Shown here piece by piece: positions 58,736 to 64,000 of a stretch of 64,000 nucleotides of DNA (position 1 is its first letter; each line of letters begins with the position of its first letter). Location: the NCBI GenBank assembly GCA_030295235.1, contig AP026162.1, positions 186,001 to 250,000 of the forward strand, written 5' to 3'. The position numbers and the translations under genes are program-made. The DNA is from Fistulifera solaris (Eukaryota). Below the pieces are notes generated by a model. That model made no database searches. It was not told the origin of the DNA and saw only the letters and a list, made by a program, of their open reading frames with translations.

Positions 58736-60552
58736 CTAACGATTGCCGAAACGTGCCAAAGCGCGTCCTGATTCCTCCTTATTACTAATAAATAGCTCGA
58801 TGTATCTGTTGCCCATAGACCGACGATTTAATTCCATAGCCCGCTCTGCATCATTGGCGGACAAGAATCCAATGTATGCTTCACCCGTTGCTCGCCCGTC
58901 GTTTCGATACGTTAGCACAACACTTTCCGGAACTGGGTCATACCCAGCGAAAAACTGAATAATATCTTCTTTCGTGGCGGCAAACGGGAGTCCCCGCATT
59001 CGTAAGAAGCCGGTGTGTTCCCCCACTTGAATACCACCTCCAGCTCGTTTGGGGGGAGGGGCATGTACAACTCCGCCACTAGTTTCCGCAGGACGACTTG
59101 CTCGGCCGGAACTCGTCGCACTACCGGTAGAAGTGCTACTCGCAAGAGCTTGAACTCCAACCGGCGTGGAAGCAGTTGACTGACCCTTCAAGGTCTCATT
59201 CACACCGAAAGGTGATGAAGTTCTTCCTCCAAGTTGGCTGGAAAGTACTGACACGCCTTGCCTTGAGTGAGGTAAGGAGTCACCCCAGAGATGATGGGCG
59301 GCAGAAGAATCAACAGCATGAGGTTGTTCCTCTGGTTCGTTCCTCGCTCTTGACACAGAAAGTGACGTTTTCGGTCCTCTTTCTCTCTCAACTTGCTGTA
59401 AAGTGAAAGCAAGTGAATACACGTGAGCAAGTTGCAAAAAAGCTAGAGTATGCGTGAGTATAAAACTTACTAATGCAATGGCTTCGTAGTATTCATTCCG
59501 TGACGCAGGACCGATATCAATAAACTTTCTTCCTATTGTTTGACGACTCCTGCGACTCAATTTTGTAAGAACGAAAAATTTTCTTTGCTTTCCTGTCACA
59601 ATTGTAGTAACTTACCTTTGCAAGGCCATCTGAAAATCCATTGGATTCGCGAAAACAACAAATGCATCCCCCTGGCCACCTAATACAACATCTACGAACA
59701 CCAAGCCTTGAAAAAAAACCAAAATGTCTTCTAGAGAAACGTCATAAGGTAAATACCGCAAACGCACGCAGGGAAAAGGACCCAGGACGGCTTCTAGAGG
59801 ATCCGTTGAGCCTCGCAACCCCGGAATTCCGGGCGGCAAAGGAATTCCCTCCATGTGATGGATTGTATACTGGTACCTGAAATGGAATAGGGCGGGTGTC
59901 AGGTTCAAGCTGCACACCACCTTTTCCAATGCACCCGTCACAGAGACAGCTACCCAAAAAAAGTTACGAAACGAAGATAATAATGATCCAGCGGACGAGA
60001 GCAACAAGCACAAGAATTTCGTCGCTCGCCCTCACATTCTCCTCCAAACCTCGCTGTCCAACCGTCCGACCACCCAAGATCGCACGGCACCCGCCGGCGT
60101 TATTGTGAATCACGTTTAAGTGTCATCCGTCACTCGACCGTGTCACTCGAGTAATAACTCGACGCGCCGTCGAGATCTTCTGTACATTTTTGTATCGCTA
60201 AAAATTTCACGTGTTGTCTCGCACGGATCCCATTTCCGCCGTATCAAACCTACATACGAAAACGAGCCATTAACGGTAGCCGGCAAGACTGGTTTGTTGC
60301 AAACAAGCATCGCAACAGAGGGAAACAGCAAGCAGCGAGCGGCGAGAAACGAAAGGCGACTGCTTACCGGTAATCATAAATGTGTGCCATGTAGCCAGCA
60401 TGAGCTGACCCAGCCCACGCCGGATCATATCCATACGATTCGAGTTGTGGCATGTGCATGATTGGGTGATACATATCGTTGTGTCGATCATTATCGGAGA
60501 TTTGCTCCCCTATCTCCTCTTCCCCTACCCCATCCCCAATTTGTTGACTCAT
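58736..60552 (-). CDS. hnRNP F/H / ESRP-like qRRM RNA-binding protein; introns 59877..60367, 59550..59615, 59396..59470 (start uncertain)
   Basis: qRRM motifs CVRLRYLPY..ILVFF and LRMRGLPFAATKEDI.QFF..GRATGEAYIGF..MGNRYIELF. All three GT-AG junctions preserve frame. Confidence 0.88.
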
Positions 60553-61055
60553 TTGTAATAAGCAACGTCCCCCGTCCCCGTTGTAGAAACCGGCAGAAAC
60601 TGTTCCCCCCTAATGGTGTATTTGTATTTTGTGTCTTTTTTGTGAGAGGAGGTCAAGATGGCGCACCCTCAACTGGCTTGGCGGCATGCCGCGACGACGA
60701 AAATGCTCGATGTTGCGAGGCTGCCTCGTTTTTACGATACAATGCAGCGCGCAAGGCTGCTCTCCGTTCGTACAAATTTGTAGTATCCGTACGCGGCTGC
60801 TGCACACAGCGGCTGGCGGACGAGATCCAAATTGACAATAAAGGTAAATAGTACTCGGAGTATAGTGGGGGAGAAATAGCCATCATTAGGGGAGAGGCTA
60901 TTTCAGGAGGGGGCATAACAAAAAATCAAAATATCCAGTCCCACGATCTATGGACAAAAAACTCGGTATAGTGTTAATCACTATATAAATCTTTGAGTTA
61001 TTATTATCAACGTTCACCTTTTTCATAACGATTATTTGCTTAGTCATCAGCTTAC

Positions 61056-62633
61056 TTAAACATTGACACCATCAACGCTTGATACCGCAAGTAAATCGTT
61101 GTTTGCAGCAAGAATGGGGTCGATGCATTCCGTCAAAAATTCATCCACCTGCTGCGGCGCTCTCCCGACAAACAATTTGGGATCCATCATAGTATCCAAT
61201 TTGGCATGAACAGCTGCAAAGTTTGCATCATTCTTGATACGGTCCATCAAGTCGTTTGGTTTGCCTTCTCCCTTGACAACTGCACCCGCTTCCATCGAGT
61301 GAACACGGATAACCTCGTGCAACTCCTGGCGATCTCCGCCGGCCTTGACACCTGTAAAAGCAGAACAAATAAGACAATGCAGGAGAAGACAATGCAGGAG
61401 AAGGCACAAAAAACCCAAGAGAATAAAATACTCACATTCCATAAGAATATTCTCGGTGGCCATGAAAGGCAGCTCTGCCATGACATGAGATTTAACAACC
61501 TCAGGCCAAACATGAAGGCCGTCACTGATATTCTCCAGCAAGTTCAAAATGACATCCGTGCCGAGGAACGCTTCGGGAAGAATGATTCGACGAATGGCTG
61601 AATCATCTAGAGTTCGCTCAAACCACTGATTCGCGTGAGTGTTTGCGGCTCCTTCCGGGAGACCCATGACATACCGAGCGATGGAGCAGACACGTTCGGA
61701 ACGCATAGGGTTTCGTTTGTAAGCCATTGCGCTAGATCCAATCTGTGTTTTAGAGAATGGTTCCTCCACTTCCTTGAGATTTGCCAGTAAACGAATGTCT
61801 CCGCACATTTTGTAAGCCGATTGGGCGATTCCAGATAAAACACTCAAGATGAAGAACTCAATTTTGCGAGTGTAAGTCTGTCCAGAAACCGGAATAGCTG
61901 TCTTGAAGCCCATGAGTTCGCATACACGTTTGTTCAGAGCCTTGACTTTTTCGTGATCGCCGTCAAATAGTTCAAGAAACGAAGCCTGCGTTCCGGTCGT
62001 TCCTTTGACGCCTCGCATGGGTAGGTTCTCAATCTCTCGCTCTACACGCTCCAAATCAAGCATGAGGTCCTGCATCCAGAGTGTACAGCGTTTTCCTACC
62101 GTCGTGAGTTGAGCAGGCTGGTAATGAGTGAACCCCAGCGTCGGTAAATCTTTGTACTTGAGAGCAAACTCCTTAAGTGTGGCTAGGACTTTTACCAACT
62201 TTCGCTTGATAAGCTGCAACCCTTCGCGAAGTTGCACAAGATCGGTGTTGTCGCCAACAAAGCAGGAAGTGGCTCCAAGATGAATTACTGGCATTGCCTT
62301 TGGAGCTTGAGATCCAAAAGCGTGGACATGACCCATGACATCGTGACGAAATTCTGCTTCCTTTTTGGCCGCCACTTCAAAGTCAACATCGTAGATATGA
62401 TTGCGCATCTCTTCTAGTTGTTCGTCAGAAATATCTAAGCCTAATTCCTTCTCAGCTGTTGCAAGAGCCGTCCACAACTTTCTCCACGTTGTGAACTTCA
62501 TCGCAGGAGACCAGACAAACGACATCTCCTTGGTAGCGTACCTCTCCACGAGTGGATGCTCATATTTGCGTTGATCAAGGAGAGCATCCTCGGGAAAAGT
62601 GGCCGCTACTTCTAAAAACTTGTCGGCGTTCAT
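61056..62633 (-). CDS. ADSL: Adenylosuccinate lyase; in-frame intron 61352..61435
   Basis: Motifs RHDVMGH, IHLGATS, GFTHYQPAQ, GVKGTTGTQAS, GSSAMAYKRNP and ERTLDDSA. Confidence 0.97.
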   Translation of the reverse strand: MNADKFLEVAATFPEDALLDQRKYEHPLVERYATKEMSFVWSPAMKFTTWRKLWTALATAEKELGLDISDEQLEEMRNHIYDVDFEVAAKKEAEFRHDVMGHVHAFGSQAPKAMPVIHLGATSCFVGDNTDLVQLREGLQLIKRKLVKVLATLKEFALKYKDLPTLGFTHYQPAQLTTVGKRCTLWMQDLMLDLERVEREIENLPMRGVKGTTGTQASFLELFDGDHEKVKALNKRVCELMGFKTAIPVSGQTYTRKIEFFILSVLSGIAQSAYKMCGDIRLLANLKEVEEPFSKTQIGSSAMAYKRNPMRSERVCSIARYVMGLPEGAANTHANQWFERTLDDSAIRRIILPEAFLGTDVILNLLENISDGLHVWPEVVKSHVMAELPFMATENILMECEYFILLGFLCLLLHCLLLHCLICSAFTGVKAGGDRQELHEVIRVHSMEAGAVVKGEGKPNDLMDRIKNDANFAAVHAKLDTMMDPKLFVGRAPQQVDEFLTECIDPILAANNDLLAVSSVDGVNV

Positions 62634-63443
62634 TTAACGGCAACTTTACTTGGGATGTGCGAATTAAAAAGCTTTTAGGCATCGATAAACGACAAGGCAG
62701 CTCTTCGACTTGGCGAAGAAAAATAATGGTTGTCGTTGTTCGTTGTCTGCAAGATTTTTTTCTTGGACGACTTTTGACCGTGGATTAACGACGGATGGAC
62801 GATCCAAGAGTCAGTCAGGCAAGCGCAAGAGCCTGGAGTCCCGAACATCGCATCAAAAGAATCAAGAATGACGTCATAAAAATCTGTTCTTCTTTATTCT
62901 TCGTGGTGTTGAGTATGCAGTAAGAAGTAGTGAATTTTGTGCGCATGTGGCAGTGGCAGGTGGCAGCCGACTGTCGGTACTCGGTACTGAATATTGGGTC
63001 GTGTGAACGCAAATCTTTCTGAGTACCTGGTACTGTATCTTCTAAGGTGTAGGTGGGGTAGGTGGTATGCGCTGTCCAGTGTACTAATTTGTATCCATAA
63101 GTGACAAAAGAAAAAGAACGCTAACTGATACTTACAGTCATTATGTAGCAACGCCGTCACACCACGTAAGAAACCACGACCACAGAAACAAATACAGTAG
63201 TTTAAGTTGTAGAAACCGTAGTTGTGATTCATTGATAGTGAAGTACTTCGTACTTTTCCTGTTTCTGAAACCAGAACTTCGACTTCAAGCGATGATTTTT
63301 TGGCTGACGAAATGCGAAACCATTCATAGCACGCGACAGAAACGAATGACCTGCTGACTGCCGAAGAAAGATACAAGTGCTTTGTTCATTCGCTGCTTGC
63401 TTCATCGCAGCTTTGATAGGTATGAGAGAGCAGTCATACCACT

Positions 63444-64000
63444 ATGATGGATTTTGATCGACGCGAGGACGCTGCAACGCCGCTGGATTGGGTATCGAGC
63501 ACGGAAGATTTGGATGATTTGAAAATAGATATTTTTCCGGATCAAACGCCAGGCGAGGAGCTGGAAGAAAACAAGCAAGAAGTGGTTCCGGAGAGTGATG
63601 CAGAAGAAAGTGGAAGTCGTAAGCGACGCTGTGGGAAAAGACCTAATGTACGCGCTCAGCGAAGGAAGAAGAAGCCGGCTGGCTTACCGAAGCGCCCATT
63701 GAGCGCCTACAATCTTTTCTTCCAGGAAGAACGCTTGAAAATACAACGAGAATTTCCATCGAAGGTAGGATTCAATGATTTCGGGAAAATCATTGGGTCT
63801 AGGTGGAAAGAGTTGAGTGACGATGATCGTCAGAAATACAATGAACTCGCAAACGAAGATACCGCTCGTTATCAGAAGGAAATGAATCTGATCAAGTTGT
63901 CAAACAAGCGCAAAAAAGAAGAAACTCAACAACAAGAAAAAAGCAACGATAAGGATAATCCTATATCCTGGGCGACTTCGCTCTTGGAAGAGGCAAATGC
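63444..64000 (+). CDS. HMG-box protein (runs off the window end)
   Basis: Open frame from the ATG at 63444 (absent from the ORF track because there is no stop): PKRPLSAYNLFFQEER..FNDFGKIIGSRWKEL..RQKY..LA.ED..RY.KEM. Confidence 0.9.
   Translation, partial: MMDFDRREDAATPLDWVSSTEDLDDLKIDIFPDQTPGEELEENKQEVVPESDAEESGSRKRRCGKRPNVRAQRRKKKPAGLPKRPLSAYNLFFQEERLKIQREFPSKVGFNDFGKIIGSRWKELSDDDRQKYNELANEDTARYQKEMNLIKLSNKRKKEETQQQEKSNDKDNPISWATSLLEEAN

Overview
This is gene-dense eukaryotic nuclear DNA, most likely from a diatom. The evidence is short GT-AG introns, bipartite ASAFAP-type plastid presequences and an Lhcf/FCP gene; the species cannot be identified from the sequence. About 32 protein-coding genes are supported. 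They include ALAD, DPAGT1/ALG7, a LAMTOR5-like gene missed by default naming, a Ser/Thr kinase, BolA, CHLD, a PTPS-III-type enzyme, a TPT, Lhcf, a bZIP factor, a VWA7/Het-C-like protein, ABHD17, PSMB3, a BRM/SNF2 ATPase, La, a LarC-like protein, an OSCA/TMEM63-like channel, RSM22/METTL17, URB2, an NDK-like protein, ALS, an hnRNP F/H-like protein, ADSL and a partial HMG-box gene. About 17 frameshifts, mostly in homopolymer runs, break conserved genes and are most likely assembly errors. The non-coding DNA contains a 2,032-bp DD39D Tc1/mariner element with 30-bp TIRs and a TA target duplication, and an empty-site paralog of its insertion site lies in the same window. It also contains a 53-bp palindromic satellite at three loci, two related ~220-bp tandem arrays, and a dispersed hairpin repeat. 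Three of these repeat families share the architecture arm-G-AAAT(G/T)-C-arm. Candidate regulatory signals are a TGACGT cluster upstream of the bZIP gene, a G-tract cluster at the 5' end of the hnRNP F/H-like gene, and a recurrent intergenic TACCWGGTA motif. No rRNA, tRNA or CRISPR array is supported. All family assignments come from motif recognition by eye, not from database searches.
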